From assembly GCA_000091205.1 (NCBI GenBank), contig AP006502.2: 64,000 nt of DNA. One strand, 5' to 3'. The translations under genes were made by a program, and so were the position numbers. Of this stretch, positions 1 to 10,609 are shown one piece after another. The notes beneath the pieces were generated by a model that had not been told where the DNA came from, ran no database searches, and worked only from the letters and a program-made list of their open reading frames with translations. This stretch comes from Cyanidioschyzon merolae (taxonomy: Eukaryota). The stretch's first letter is position 1, and each line of letters opens with the position of its first letter.

Positions 1-331
1 CGACGGATTCTCTCCCTCTCTCGCTCTCTAACCTGCACGGCCGAAAATGGCTCTCGTTGCCCGACTCTGGCCAAGATTTCATAAAATGCTTGCAGGTGAA
101 TATACCGTTGCTCTCCATCGTAGTAGTGAACGTTGCTCCATTAAGTTGGTGTAGATGAGAGACCCTGAACGAGCTCTGCCAATGCTCTTCGCGAAGTTGC
201 TCGAATTTTGCATAGCAGGTTACAGAGAGAAGCACCGTCTTCTCCTTCTCCTACACCTGGACATGTTGCATGTATGCTGTCATTCATCTCCATATCTCTT
301 TCGCCCTGGCACGCAGATGTCGCTAGAGGCT

Positions 332-494
332 GGTTGGGCTGACGCTTGCCATTCGTAGGAATGCCGCGAATTTTCCAAAAGCGCCGTTTCGTCACCTTCT
401 TCGTCATCGTCAGAGACTGGTTGGACTGACGCTTGCCACTCGTAGGAATACCGCGAATTTTCTAAAAGCGCCGTTTCGTCCCCTTCTTCTTCGC
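332..494. repeat. Tandem duplication: ~87-bp unit in two copies (ggttgg(g/a)ctgacgcttgcca(t/c)tcgtaggaat(g/a)ccgcgaattttc(c/t)aaaagcgccgtttcgtc..)
   Basis: Read directly. Copy 1 is ~332-418 and copy 2 ~419-494 (second copy diverges at its 3' end). Produces the repeated peptide in ORF 280..672 (-). Confidence 0.8.
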
Positions 495-1842
495 GGGCAC
501 GTCCACCGACCGAAACGCGCTGTTCGGCTCTACCCCAAGCGTGAGCGGCGACGCAACGGACCATTTCTGGGCTGGTAACCGAAGCGAAATATTTATCGAG
601 CAGCTTCGAGGTCATGGATGCGAATGACTCGTTCGTTACGCTGTGAGCGAAAAAGAAAGCGTGTCGGACCATAAAGAAGACGCCTTCAACTGGACTCTGG
701 TGTTGCCAGATGTATCCGCGGCACCTCCACTACCCAGACCCGCACTGTGGCATGTGAACACGTGCTTCACCGCCCGGTACTCGCACTGGACGGGTACAAC
801 AGGCTCGCCTCGATATCGTCCAAAGCATCCGCACCCTGCGCCACACGCTGCGTTCACATGTATCTTCTGAGCGATCCGTTCGGCGCATACGCAAGCGCTC
901 GCCGCTCCATTCGATACAATATTCGTAGAGTACGATATCACCCTTTCTGGAAAGATTATCGGAAGCAAACCCCAGCCTGGAGATCCATTCGGGAAATTGC
1001 GATCCGTCTACGCTCGCCTCATGCAACGCGACAACATACGCTCCACTGGAAGCGTCCGCTGCGATAACTCAGGTCCGTTTCCAAGACCTCTTCCATGCAA
1101 ACAAAAGAGCCGTTTAGCCTCCAGGAGCGTGTCTCGTGAGCATTATCATGCTACTGCTGTCGAATGCCGATTCATAGATTGCCTCAGAGAGAGAAGGATT
1201 CGTCTGTCTAACGTAATCGATTATTTTGCGTAAGAGCTTCAGTGAGCGTTCGGCATGAGCTTGTGAACAACTCGACAAGGGACGACGTCAAACTGTGTAT
1301 CGTCGTCAATCCAGCTGTGCGAATGAATGCGCCCAAGAGTTGCTTTGAAACAGAAACACCGAAAACGTGAAGCATGCGTGATTTGATCATGCACCATGCG
1401 AGGAACTTGGAAGAAACGTGGCTCACACGTACGAAATGTCTCAGGATATCGCTTATTATCGTACATATCCTTGTTCCATGGCGTCGCAAATCATCCTGAT
1501 TCCGGTGGCGTAAAGCATTCCAGCGGCAATGCGTCGCAGGAGCCACCCTCCGAGCACACCCGAAATCCACGCATGAGTCCGTACGCACGCACTGCTGAAC
1601 TCGGACTCTTCAGGATATATATTGGACAAGTTCGGAAAAACCTCCCGAAACCTACTACCAGACCGACTCGACCGGCGTTCTGCTTCCGTCTCGTATACGT
1701 TTAGAGAGGCCAGCCAGCGCACCCCCGTACCCGTGCCGCGCCCCAGCTGCTGTGTCGTGCGTGTTCGTGCATGACGCGATGCGGCACGCACACCGCGCAG
1801 CGAGGCGTACCGCGGCAGTTGCCGCTGCCTGCGAGCGCTGTG

Positions 1843-1878
1843 ATTGATCGATCGATCGACGGATCGTTGATCGATCGC
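1843..1878. repeat. GATC-based palindromic microsatellite (attgatcgatcgatcgacggatcgttgatcgatcgcg) ~500 bp upstream of the AN1 gene. An alternating purine-pyrimidine (GTGC/GTGT)n tract follows at ~2058..2092.
   Basis: Read directly. Confidence 0.8.
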
Positions 1879-2390
1879 GACGCGAGCATCTGTTCAGCAG
1901 CAGCGCCTGTTGCTGCTCACTTCTGAACGGCGTCTGCACTCCGATTTCGCGCAGCAGCGCGCACGTTGGCCCAAAGCTGCGCAACGTTGCTCCTATTCTG
2001 AAGCGATTCTCACACAGAGGCTCCTGGCGTTTCCAGGTGTGTTCCTGTGGGAGCATTTGTGCGTGCGTGTGTGCGTGCGTGTGTTTGTGTCTAGACGTTG
2101 GACAGGTGCCTGAAGCCAGCGCACCGTTTGGACGAAGCGCTTCGAGGGACTGCGCGCGTGCGCGCTAGCGTTCACCTCGTTGGATAGCGCTTACAGAGGC
2201 GAGCGAGCTTGGCGTTCGAGCGCAGCGCTTCTTTCGTTTTTGCGGGGCGTGTGCGTTCCCTGCATACGACAGAACAAAGCGAGGGTTCGCTGGCAGCGCA
2301 GTGTGTGTGCGTGTGAGTCGGAACATCTGGTGTACTTCCAGCCGCAGGTATAGACGCTTTCGTCGGCAGTTGGGACTCTCGTGCATAAAC

Positions 2391-2960
2391 ATGAGCGAAC
2401 AACAGCAACAGCAGCAACCACAGCAGCCTCCGTTGCCGTGTGCGACGGGTTGTGGGTTTTACGGTCGCCCCGAGACTCAGAATATGTGCAGTAAGTGCTA
2501 CAGGGACCACAGCCAAAGTTCAGAGTTGAGCAGCAACCGCGCGAGCGGTACGTCCTCGGGATCCGCAGTCCCGACACCTGCCACGCGCGAGGCACCAGAT
2601 TCACCGCGAGATGTACAAGACAACATGTCGGTTTCCGGGGTTGCAGCGCTCACCAGTACACTCGAGTCCCAACCGAAACTCGAAACGGAAACCGGCCCCG
2701 CAGCCGTGTCCGCAGAGGGATGCAAGGCAGAGGTACAGGTAGAGTCACCAAAGCGAGAGCAGAAGGACCACGGCAACTGCTTCAAGTGCAATCGCCGAGT
2801 TGGACTGCTGGGTTTCAAATGCCGATGTGGTTTTACGTTTTGCTCGCTACACCGCTACGCTGAACAACACGACTGCGACTACGACTATCGTGCGCGGGCG
2901 CGTGAACAGCTCGCGAGTGCCAATCCGGTAGTTGCGGCGAGCAAACTGGAAAAAATCTGA
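2391..2960 (+). CDS. A20/AN1-type zinc-finger protein (stress-associated protein, ZFAND5/6-like). The ORF track begins at 2301, but the likely start is the ATG at 2391 (MSEQQQQ..).
   Basis: N-terminal A20-type finger CATGCGFYGRPETQNMCSKCYRDH and C-terminal AN1 finger CFKCNRRVGLLGFKCRCGFTFCSLHRYAEQHDCDYDY. PolyQ tract encoded by (CAG/CAA)n at 2401..2440. Confidence 0.75.
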   Translation: MSEQQQQQQPQQPPLPCATGCGFYGRPETQNMCSKCYRDHSQSSELSSNRASGTSSGSAVPTPATREAPDSPRDVQDNMSVSGVAALTSTLESQPKLETETGPAAVSAEGCKAEVQVESPKREQKDHGNCFKCNRRVGLLGFKCRCGFTFCSLHRYAEQHDCDYDYRARAREQLASANPVVAASKLEKI

Positions 2961-5947
2961 AGACGCTTGCGTTCCCGGAGGAAACTTTTTGAGGTGTTTG
3001 ATGGTAAACCGTTGTCCTGTTTCTCGACCTAGAGTTGGACGTTTCGTTGACGGTTGCATTCCGTGCTGGTCGGTCATGATCATAACGGTATACGCGTTTA
3101 TCAGCTCCGCTCGAAAGCTCTCTGATCCGTTTCCATCGCAAGACAGCATATGCTCGTGTCCTGATGCACTGACACGAAATTCTCGATGTAAGGAATCCAG
3201 TGTATCTGGAACCGTGCAGGTTTCAGTGTAGGCGCATCGTGCTCATAAGCGAATGCTGCGAGTTGTGTCGGGGTCATGTCGTGAAGCCTCATGACTTCAG
3301 CGAAGACGCTTCACCATATCCGGAAACCTCCTTGCTCTAGCGCGCACGATGTGCGGTTCTAGCGTCGCACAAGGAATTGAACTCCACGCGGCGGCAATGG
3401 AGAAAACTCGAAAGACCGGAACGCGCTCCAGCAACCGAGTTGCCGCTCTATACGCCCTGTACGCATCGCTTACCGCACAGCATCCAGGTGTACTTGTAAC
3501 GCCTGGCTCGCGTCTCTTCGCGTCAATGAAGGCCTTTATGAAATACCGGGAAGGGTGCATTGTCCGTTCGAATGCTAGGTCTCTGATAGAAGCCAGTAGA
3601 GTGCATCCAGATCGCGAGCGGCAGCAGCGCATTCGAAACCCCAGTCGTCTTCCAGTTCGTACGGACATGATGTTGCACCCGAAGCGGTCGTTGCAGCGTG
3701 CGTTATCAAGTTGTAATCGTTCAATTGCTTGACAACTGAAGAGTGGCAGTTTCCAGACACTTTACAAAGCTTGTATGACTGAAAATATCCAACGCTGAGG
3801 CCGATGAAAACCGCGACACGACAGGCCGTCGTTCCCGAGCGGATCGTGGTTTTTGCTCGCCTTGCTGGACTCCGCTGCAGCTGCGAAAGAAAATACTTCA
3901 AGCGTTTTCGGATTTGGGGTATTCGTGAATTTTGCAAGGGCTTGTAGTGCAAGGCGGTGGCGGCGGCGGCGGCGGTACGGTACGAAAGGAGGGACTGTGG
4001 AGGCTTCGCAGTGTGTGTTCCGGATGTTACGGCCCGAGCTGAACTTGCCACAGCGGTGTCGATCGAAAATGGAACAAAGAACTGTTCGCTCTGTTCAGGA
4101 GCTGAGATTTTGCTGAACATTTTTTAAACGCTTAACATCAATTTTGGCTTTCAAGTGCCTAGGTCTTACTGATGCATACGAGATTTTAGGATTCTTGGTT
4201 GTTTTCTCCGGGTGTCTGTTTCAACGCTTTGTCGCTGGAACGCTTTACGTCACCGAAATCAAGATGAATCGCGATGCCTTTTAATAAGCGTTTGTGAAAT
4301 TACCGGTGTCACCATCCAGTTCATACGTGCACCGATTACGCTTCTCCTTTGCTTATGTTGCGCATACGTAATCACGAATGCTTCACGTTCCCAATGCTTC
4401 CGTGTCAGGGTAGCTCATGGACGCAGCAAGGCGCGCACCTGGACGGACGACGACCAATACATGGCGTCGTCCAGTGACGACATCATCACAAGCCCATGCC
4501 GAAAGTCCTCAGAACTTGTCATGTCAAGCAGTCGATGCCGTTCGAAGGACGAATCCGTCTCTCGCTGTGGCAGTCCATAAAACGTCATTCGACAGCCGCG
4601 GCATAATAGCTCTGTCTGGATGCGCACCCAGCTGCTCCGGTCGCTTCTATTTCCTCGGTAAATGCCTTCGACTCGAGTCATTGCAGCGATCGCATCCAGC
4701 GCAGAGCGCGTCACCGCTTTGCACACAGGGAGCGTAGACGGATCGACGTTGCTCGACTTGATCGCGAGCGTGGACTTTTTTTCTCGTACTTGTGTCACCA
4801 TGGAGGACATTGCGTTGCGTAAATCGTCTGTCGACTAGAACAGCATGCGCGTGTGTTTTCAGCGGACAAAATACTCCTCGAGGGGCTGATCCAGAACAAG
4901 TCCGCCATCTTACGGGACGCCATCGAGCGCGGAAACGGCACAGGGGATCCAGCGAAACCCAAAATACCGTTTCGGAGCATGCATCGAGCGATGTCGCAAG
5001 CCCTCACGCGCCAGCGGGTAGCCTTTGGATACCTGGATATGATGGACACATGGGAGCACCAGACCATCGTCAAGTGTAGCCGTTGGCAAGGTCACCGAGG
5101 CGCCACATTTCGAACAATTTGGAAATCGCCATCGCAGCATAGATCCCAGTTACCACCTGTGCATGGAATGCGTCGACAAGAGCCACAAGCTGCGAAATCT
5201 GGCCGTTGATAATGCCATCAACATCCATCTTCTGTTAACAAGGGAGCTTGAGCGACCAGAGAGACCGGCGCATTGAACGCCGCAGATAAGCGAGTAGAAG
5301 TAGCCAGTCACTGCAAATGGCCGCACAGGCTGGTGTTGATAACAGCTGGAAGCGTCCCGAGCTTTAGCGCGGTTACCCCACTCCGAGGAACCGTTTGATT
5401 TTGTTCTGGAACGAGGGTAACCAGCGCGTCACACGGAAGGCACACTCGTTTTCGACATACCGTCATCGAAAACATGGTTCGTTTCGCCTGGTTCAGCGAA
5501 ATCGCATCTACCTTTGTGACGTCGATGGGGCAGAGCAGGCATGGTGCGCGAGGCTCGGCGGCCAGCGCTTCCAGCGCCGCTCCTCAGACATCGTGGTCAT
5601 TAGAATGGCAAAGTATTGAGATTGGATTGTTTCTGCGTAGACCGCTTCTCAGTAGAGTAGTTCCACGCTCCTTGGATCTACGGAAAGCGCATCGCCTTGG
5701 GGCCGTTTCCGCTCTGGAACGCCACCGAGTCGCATGTTCCGAATGGTGTCGCTGGACTGCGCATCCTGTATTATGCAAAGCGACACCCTCTGTGATATGC
5801 TAACGCATCAACATCACAATGTGCTATCTGCCTGGCTCTATCGCGCGCATCCATACGGCTGCCACGCATCTATCACTAGAAGAGAAAGAATCCGCTCCGA
5901 AAATCAGCCGTGGTGGACATACCTCATCGCAGGCAGACGCAACGTAG

Positions 5948-6925
5948 TCACAGGCTATCCGCCACAGTCGGTGAACCAGGAGCATCCATCGCTGTTGTTG
6001 CGTTCGAAAACGCAACTTCCATTTTGCGTTCAGTTTCCAGAAGCTCGGTCTTGTTATTCACCAGATCGTGAAGCACCAGCACCGATCGCAACAGCGTTGC
6101 CACGTAAATCAACAGGGTCTGTTCGTTACTGCAAACCGCAAACGCCTGCGTCAGCTCAGAGCTGGCAGCGTTTCGAGGCAATCCTTTCAAGACCAACTGC
6201 AGAGCATGCAGAATTTCCTGGTGCAACGGGAGATTTCCAGAGGCGACCTCCTCCAGGTATCGCCGGATGTTTTCGAGGCGTGCACGCAAACTTTGCAATG
6301 CATCCAGCTTTGCGCGCACCTCTCCGGTCAACGTTGACACCGACCAGTTTCGCACGTCGCGCAGCAGGTGCTCGGTACCCACCTCCTCTGCCTCCAACGC
6401 GCCGATGCTGTTCGGCACGTGCTCGAATATTCGGCGCGGCTGACCGGGTGCGCTCCCCTCCAGCGCAACACTGTCCTCCTCGAGAGACACGTATGCCTCG
6501 GTCGGCAGACCGGTTTCCTTGGGATCCACCTGGCATATTACATAGAGTGCGTGACCGCTGCTGCAGAAACCTTGAACGATCTCGTGCACACCCATGTCTG
6601 CAGGGCGGATTTGTGGCCCTGTTGAATACCAGCCGATGATTCGCTCTCTCGCGGTGACTTTCCGAAACATGGCTGCCATATTCTCCACATAATCGTGGTC
6701 GAAAAAGAAGACTGTAGGATTGCGTTCATCTTCCTCGAAAGGCACAGCGAAAGAGTTCAGCACTTCCGCGTGGCCCCGCCTGTCGATTGTGCCCAGAAGA
6801 ATGCCCACCGCCCGTTTCCGTGTGTTCTTGCACGCTCTGTTATAGTGATCGACGATACCCAAAAGTACCACCGGGTGAATCACAGCGTTCGTTATCGGCA
6901 GCTGCTTTCTGGACTGCATCTGCAA
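5948..6925 (-). CDS. RPN8: 26S proteasome regulatory (lid) subunit Rpn8 / PSMD7, an MPN-domain protein
   Basis: Near-colinear match to the Rpn8/PSMD7 family: VIHPVVLLGIVDHYNR..AVGILLG..VLNSFAVPFEEDE..FFFDHDYVENM..FRKVTARERIIGWYSTGP..GLPTEAYVSLEE..FEHVPNSIGALEAEEVGTEHLLRD..LLIYVATLLRSVLVLHDLVNNK. The plus-strand ORF 5734..6639 overlapping it is antisense and spurious. Confidence 0.85.
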   Translation of the reverse strand: MQMQSRKQLPITNAVIHPVVLLGIVDHYNRACKNTRKRAVGILLGTIDRRGHAEVLNSFAVPFEEDERNPTVFFFDHDYVENMAAMFRKVTARERIIGWYSTGPQIRPADMGVHEIVQGFCSSGHALYVICQVDPKETGLPTEAYVSLEEDSVALEGSAPGQPRRIFEHVPNSIGALEAEEVGTEHLLRDVRNWSVSTLTGEVRAKLDALQSLRARLENIRRYLEEVASGNLPLHQEILHALQLVLKGLPRNAASSELTQAFAVCSNEQTLLIYVATLLRSVLVLHDLVNNKTELLETERKMEVAFSNATTAMDAPGSPTVADSL

Positions 6926-8119
6926 GACTGCACGCCAATGCCCTATGGTTGCAACAGACTTTCAGCACACTACTAGGGCCTTTCAATCGTTTAGGGAACC
7001 AGGTCGTTTAACGGCCCACGCGAGCCTCGACTGCGCGGTAGGGTTCGGTGGCGGCAGCGCAGTTGCCGCATACGACTGAAACGCATGCAGGGACATGCGT
7101 GCTCGAGGACGCTTTGTCGCATATATTCCTTTTTGTACAGTATTATACAGAGCATGGCTGCAAGCAGCGCGCTCTCCGATCCCACCGACGAATGTGGACA
7201 AAAAACATCAAATCTGTAAGCGTGCTTGGTGCAGCGTTTTTCGTGCTGCCCGCTTGGGGGCATCGTCCGCTGCATTGCGAACGCTCTCACGCACGTGACA
7301 ACAGTGCTGGTGACGGATGTCGAACTGCGTACCGTATGCACGCTGGATGCTTCGTCACGTACCATGAGAGACCGGAAGAGGCTCTGACAATACATCGCGA
7401 GATCATGCTTTCCGATAAAGCCGAAAGCACGGCGCGTTTTTGCTGCTGCCCTGGGCGGATCGAAGGAGACGCGGCGGCGTCTCTTCTTACCATGCCCAGA
7501 GGGATGCGATCGGCACCGCTCCGGAACCATCAGCATGATGTTATTTGTTCGGTCCACGATTTTTCGGATTCGTGTGAGCAAAGCGATGCTCATGTCAGTA
7601 CCATATAGGATGACATTGGGGAAGCCTCATTGCCCCCGCCGCCAGCGATCGTGATGCAAAAGGTCGACACGAGCATCTCTTTTTCTGGGCATATCTGATA
7701 ACGAGCCACCAACCTCTGCACCTCTTATTCTCTATTCGCCACAAATATATATGCTTTTATCCTCTGAATGCGAGCGATGCAACACACTGGAATCCGACAT
7801 TGCAAGTGAATGTCAAAAGAATACGCAAGGGTCTCCAGCGCCGGGCAACGGTGTCGCTGCGGCGGTGCCCCAGGCGATCGCCGCCGCCGTCGCCTCGGAC
7901 GCGACGACTTGGTAGGAACCGGTAGAGGCAAAAGTAGAGGGTATACGCCTCTAGCGGTGTTTCTGTTGCCAGAGATCGCCTTGTACATAGCTCGGAAGCG
8001 TGCCTTGTGGACGCATTCTGTTTGAGTGGTGCTACCAGATCGCGCTCTTGGCTCTAACTTGAGTGCCTGTACTGTGACGAGCACGTCTACGTCAGCGTAA
8101 CTCGTTTTGCGTACCAACC

Positions 8120-10510
8120 ATGGGCAGGCAAGTAGTGGATTCGCGGAGCTTTGCGAGCCATGGCCGACAAAGGGCGATGCGCGCTTTCGCATCACCCAAG
8201 CGCGATCGGAAAAATGGGCGCTCATCAAAGCGAGTTCGCGTTGAGGCTGGAAGCCTGTCTGAGCAGCCTGGTGCTTCATTCGACGAAACGGACTGGATGA
8301 ACACGCGCTCTGCGGCGATCGAACGCGACACGCCTCGGTTCCAGTCCGGCAACGATTCGGATAGCGAACTCGACGGTTTGGGCAATCGTTCCGCGGGCCA
8401 TAATTCGAGGCGAATACTGAGCGGCAGTGTGTCGCCATACGACGTCTCTGCTAGCCCTGACGCGTCCTCTGCAAGCGAGCTTGAAGCGTCTCACGGAAGA
8501 GCGGCACGCGAGCGGCGCACTGCCGCCAACGACCGAGTCGACTCGAGTTATGGTGCCGACTTGATGGCTGATTTCAGTGCAAGCTCGCAGTCCTCTGATT
8601 CAGAGAATACTGAGCTGCTGGAAATGGAAGAGACTCGCGATAGCGATGCTTCCAGCGCTCTGGACAACGATGTCGAGGCCGATTACGAGAGCGCTTCGGA
8701 CCCGGGCCCAGAAGATGATACCGACGAAGACGAAGATGTACATGACGCTCTCTGGGACGAGAGGCCCGACGGACGGCGCCGGTCGTTGTACTACGACGCC
8801 GACACTGCTGTGCGTGAGGATCAACTGGATATCGATGAGCTGGACGAGGAGGAGGCGGAAGCGATGCGCCTCCAGCGACAACAACTTAGTCGCTTGCAGG
8901 CCCAGGACTTTACCGGCGGTATTGCAGTCTCTGAGCTCGCACGAGCCGTGGACGACACCGCACCGGGAGGCACGCCTCGGCCGTATGCCGCAGATGCAGC
9001 ATCGCTAGAGGCAACTGCTTCGGATCATGACCAGGTTGCAGTTCGAGAGGTGCTTCGATCGCTGTCGACGGCGCTCCAGGAGATCATTGAGGACCTGGAG
9101 CAGCTCTTGGAAACTGCAAAACGAGAACAATTAACAACGCACATGGAACGAGATCCGTTGCTGGGCCTCCTGGAGCTCAAGAGACAGCTGCTCCTCAACT
9201 ATGGAACGAATCTGGCTTTTTATCTTGCACTGAAAGCTGAATGCTCGTCGATCCGCGACCATCCTGTCATGGACCGTCTCATGGAGATAGGAGTCACACT
9301 GGACAAAATCCGTCCGCTGGAAGAACATGTTCGTGTACGCTTGGAGGCCCTGAAGCGAGCCGGTCAACAGCAATCGACATCAGCGTTGCGACCGGAGTTT
9401 GCACAAGGCAGCGAGTCTGATGACTCACTGCCAGCTTCAAACGGCACGAGCACAACCGATCAAACAGACGAAGGAGCGACTGGTCGATACAGGCCGCTCC
9501 TCACCACCGCAGAGACCTACGAAGACGAGCGCACGCGACGTCGACGCGAACAAGCCGTAGCGCGTGCTGACGCCGACCAGCGCCCGTACCGCTTTGAAGT
9601 TCGCCAGCTTGCACGCGAACTCAGCGACAAGCCCGAACAGGTAAGCCTGAACGCTGACCCCGAAGCAATGACTCGTGATGATATGCGGCTCGTGCGGCAG
9701 GCGGAGGCGCGCCAAGCATACGAGGAGGAACACCTTGTTCGTTTACCAGAGAGCAAAAAGGACCGACGAGCTCGCCGCCTTGCAGAAGCTACTCGCGGCC
9801 TGACCGCCATAGATTCGAAGACACGGACAAGTGGTATGACGGACCTGCTTTCCGTTGCGAATCGAATCGTCGAGGTGAGTCAGCGCGATCAGAGCCAAGT
9901 GCACGCGATGCCTCCAAAAGCGCTGCACGCTGAACGCACGTCACGGGCCGTCGACAGGCACCGCTCGGATGTGTCGTCCAGGCCCAGCACCGACTCGCAA
10001 GCAGCAGCAGCAGCAGCAGCAGCATCAAACCAGGTATCAGAAGCGTTCCTGCAACGTGCACAACATTCGACGTTTGACCAAAGCGCTACAGACAAGCGAG
10101 CAGCATTGAGTGCGTTCGAAGGTTCATCCGCGCCATCCGACTGGTCGTCGTTGCTCTACAAAGCAGCAGCGGATACGATGCAGCGCAAGCGTCAGAAGCG
10201 TACCCAGGGTAGCGCCGAAGCACTGGTCGCTTCACCGGATGACGACTTGCTGGCAGAGAATAGGCCACGACGAATAACGGATGAGATTCGAAGGAATCGC
10301 GGGTTAACAGCGCGCCGGCCTCGAAACGCTGCACATCGTAACCCGCGTGTGAAGCGACGGGTACGCTATGCAGAGGCCTTGGTTCGTCGCAAGGGTCAAG
10401 TGCGCGTCTATGATGATCGCACGCGCTCGGTTGCAGCTGCAGGCGCTTACAAGGGCGAAACAAGTGGTATCAACAAGCGCACGCGACAGAGTGTGGTTTT
10501 GCGGACGTAA
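8120..10510 (+). CDS. UTP3: Sas10/Utp3 (something-about-silencing 10), an SSU processome / U3 snoRNP protein
   Basis: Internal Sas10/Utp3/C1D domain (LELKRQLLLNYGTNLAFYLALKAEC..DHPVMDRLMEIGVTLDKIRPLEE). Characteristic Sas10 C-terminal domain (NRGLTARRPRNAAHRNPRVKRRVRYAEALVRRKGQVRVY). Long acidic D/E/S-rich N-terminus typical of the family. PolyA run from (GCA)8 at 10001..10024. Confidence 0.7.
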   Translation: MGRQVVDSRSFASHGRQRAMRAFASPKRDRKNGRSSKRVRVEAGSLSEQPGASFDETDWMNTRSAAIERDTPRFQSGNDSDSELDGLGNRSAGHNSRRILSGSVSPYDVSASPDASSASELEASHGRAARERRTAANDRVDSSYGADLMADFSASSQSSDSENTELLEMEETRDSDASSALDNDVEADYESASDPGPEDDTDEDEDVHDALWDERPDGRRRSLYYDADTAVREDQLDIDELDEEEAEAMRLQRQQLSRLQAQDFTGGIAVSELARAVDDTAPGGTPRPYAADAASLEATASDHDQVAVREVLRSLSTALQEIIEDLEQLLETAKREQLTTHMERDPLLGLLELKRQLLLNYGTNLAFYLALKAECSSIRDHPVMDRLMEIGVTLDKIRPLEEHVRVRLEALKRAGQQQSTSALRPEFAQGSESDDSLPASNGTSTTDQTDEGATGRYRPLLTTAETYEDERTRRRREQAVARADADQRPYRFEVRQLARELSDKPEQVSLNADPEAMTRDDMRLVRQAEARQAYEEEHLVRLPESKKDRRARRLAEATRGLTAIDSKTRTSGMTDLLSVANRIVEVSQRDQSQVHAMPPKALHAERTSRAVDRHRSDVSSRPSTDSQAAAAAAAASNQVSEAFLQRAQHSTFDQSATDKRAALSAFEGSSAPSDWSSLLYKAAADTMQRKRQKRTQGSAEALVASPDDDLLAENRPRRITDEIRRNRGLTARRPRNAAHRNPRVKRRVRYAEALVRRKGQVRVYDDRTRSVAAAGAYKGETSGINKRTRQSVVLRT

Positions 10511-10609
10511 AGCCTATTCACAATGAAGACCTGTTCTCGATGCTTTGAGGCGTTTTGCTTGACAAGACGGGACCGGGACCTGCTGTTTCAAGGTAGCGCG
10601 CCAATCGAA

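Noticed and set aside
280-672. 130-aa minus-strand ORF with an acidic repeated peptide (EEGDETALLENSR.SYEWQAS.QP.S)
   Set aside because: The repeated peptide is produced by the 87-bp tandem DNA duplication. There is no family match, so it could be a fragment of an unknown gene, but it is not supportable.
3349-4120. ORFs 3349..3732 (+) and 3575..4120 (-)
   Set aside because: No family recognised, and they overlap each other. They could hide a small gene, but the evidence is insufficient.
5734-6639. 301-aa plus-strand ORF
   Set aside because: Lies entirely antisense to the well-supported Rpn8/PSMD7 gene. Pro/Arg-rich translation is typical of antisense frames in GC-rich coding DNA.
6991-7608. 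Mutually antisense ORFs 6991..7593 (-) and 7048..7608 (+) between RPN8 and UTP3
   Set aside because: They overlap each other almost completely. Neither has recognisable motifs, and they most likely represent the divergent promoter/UTR region.
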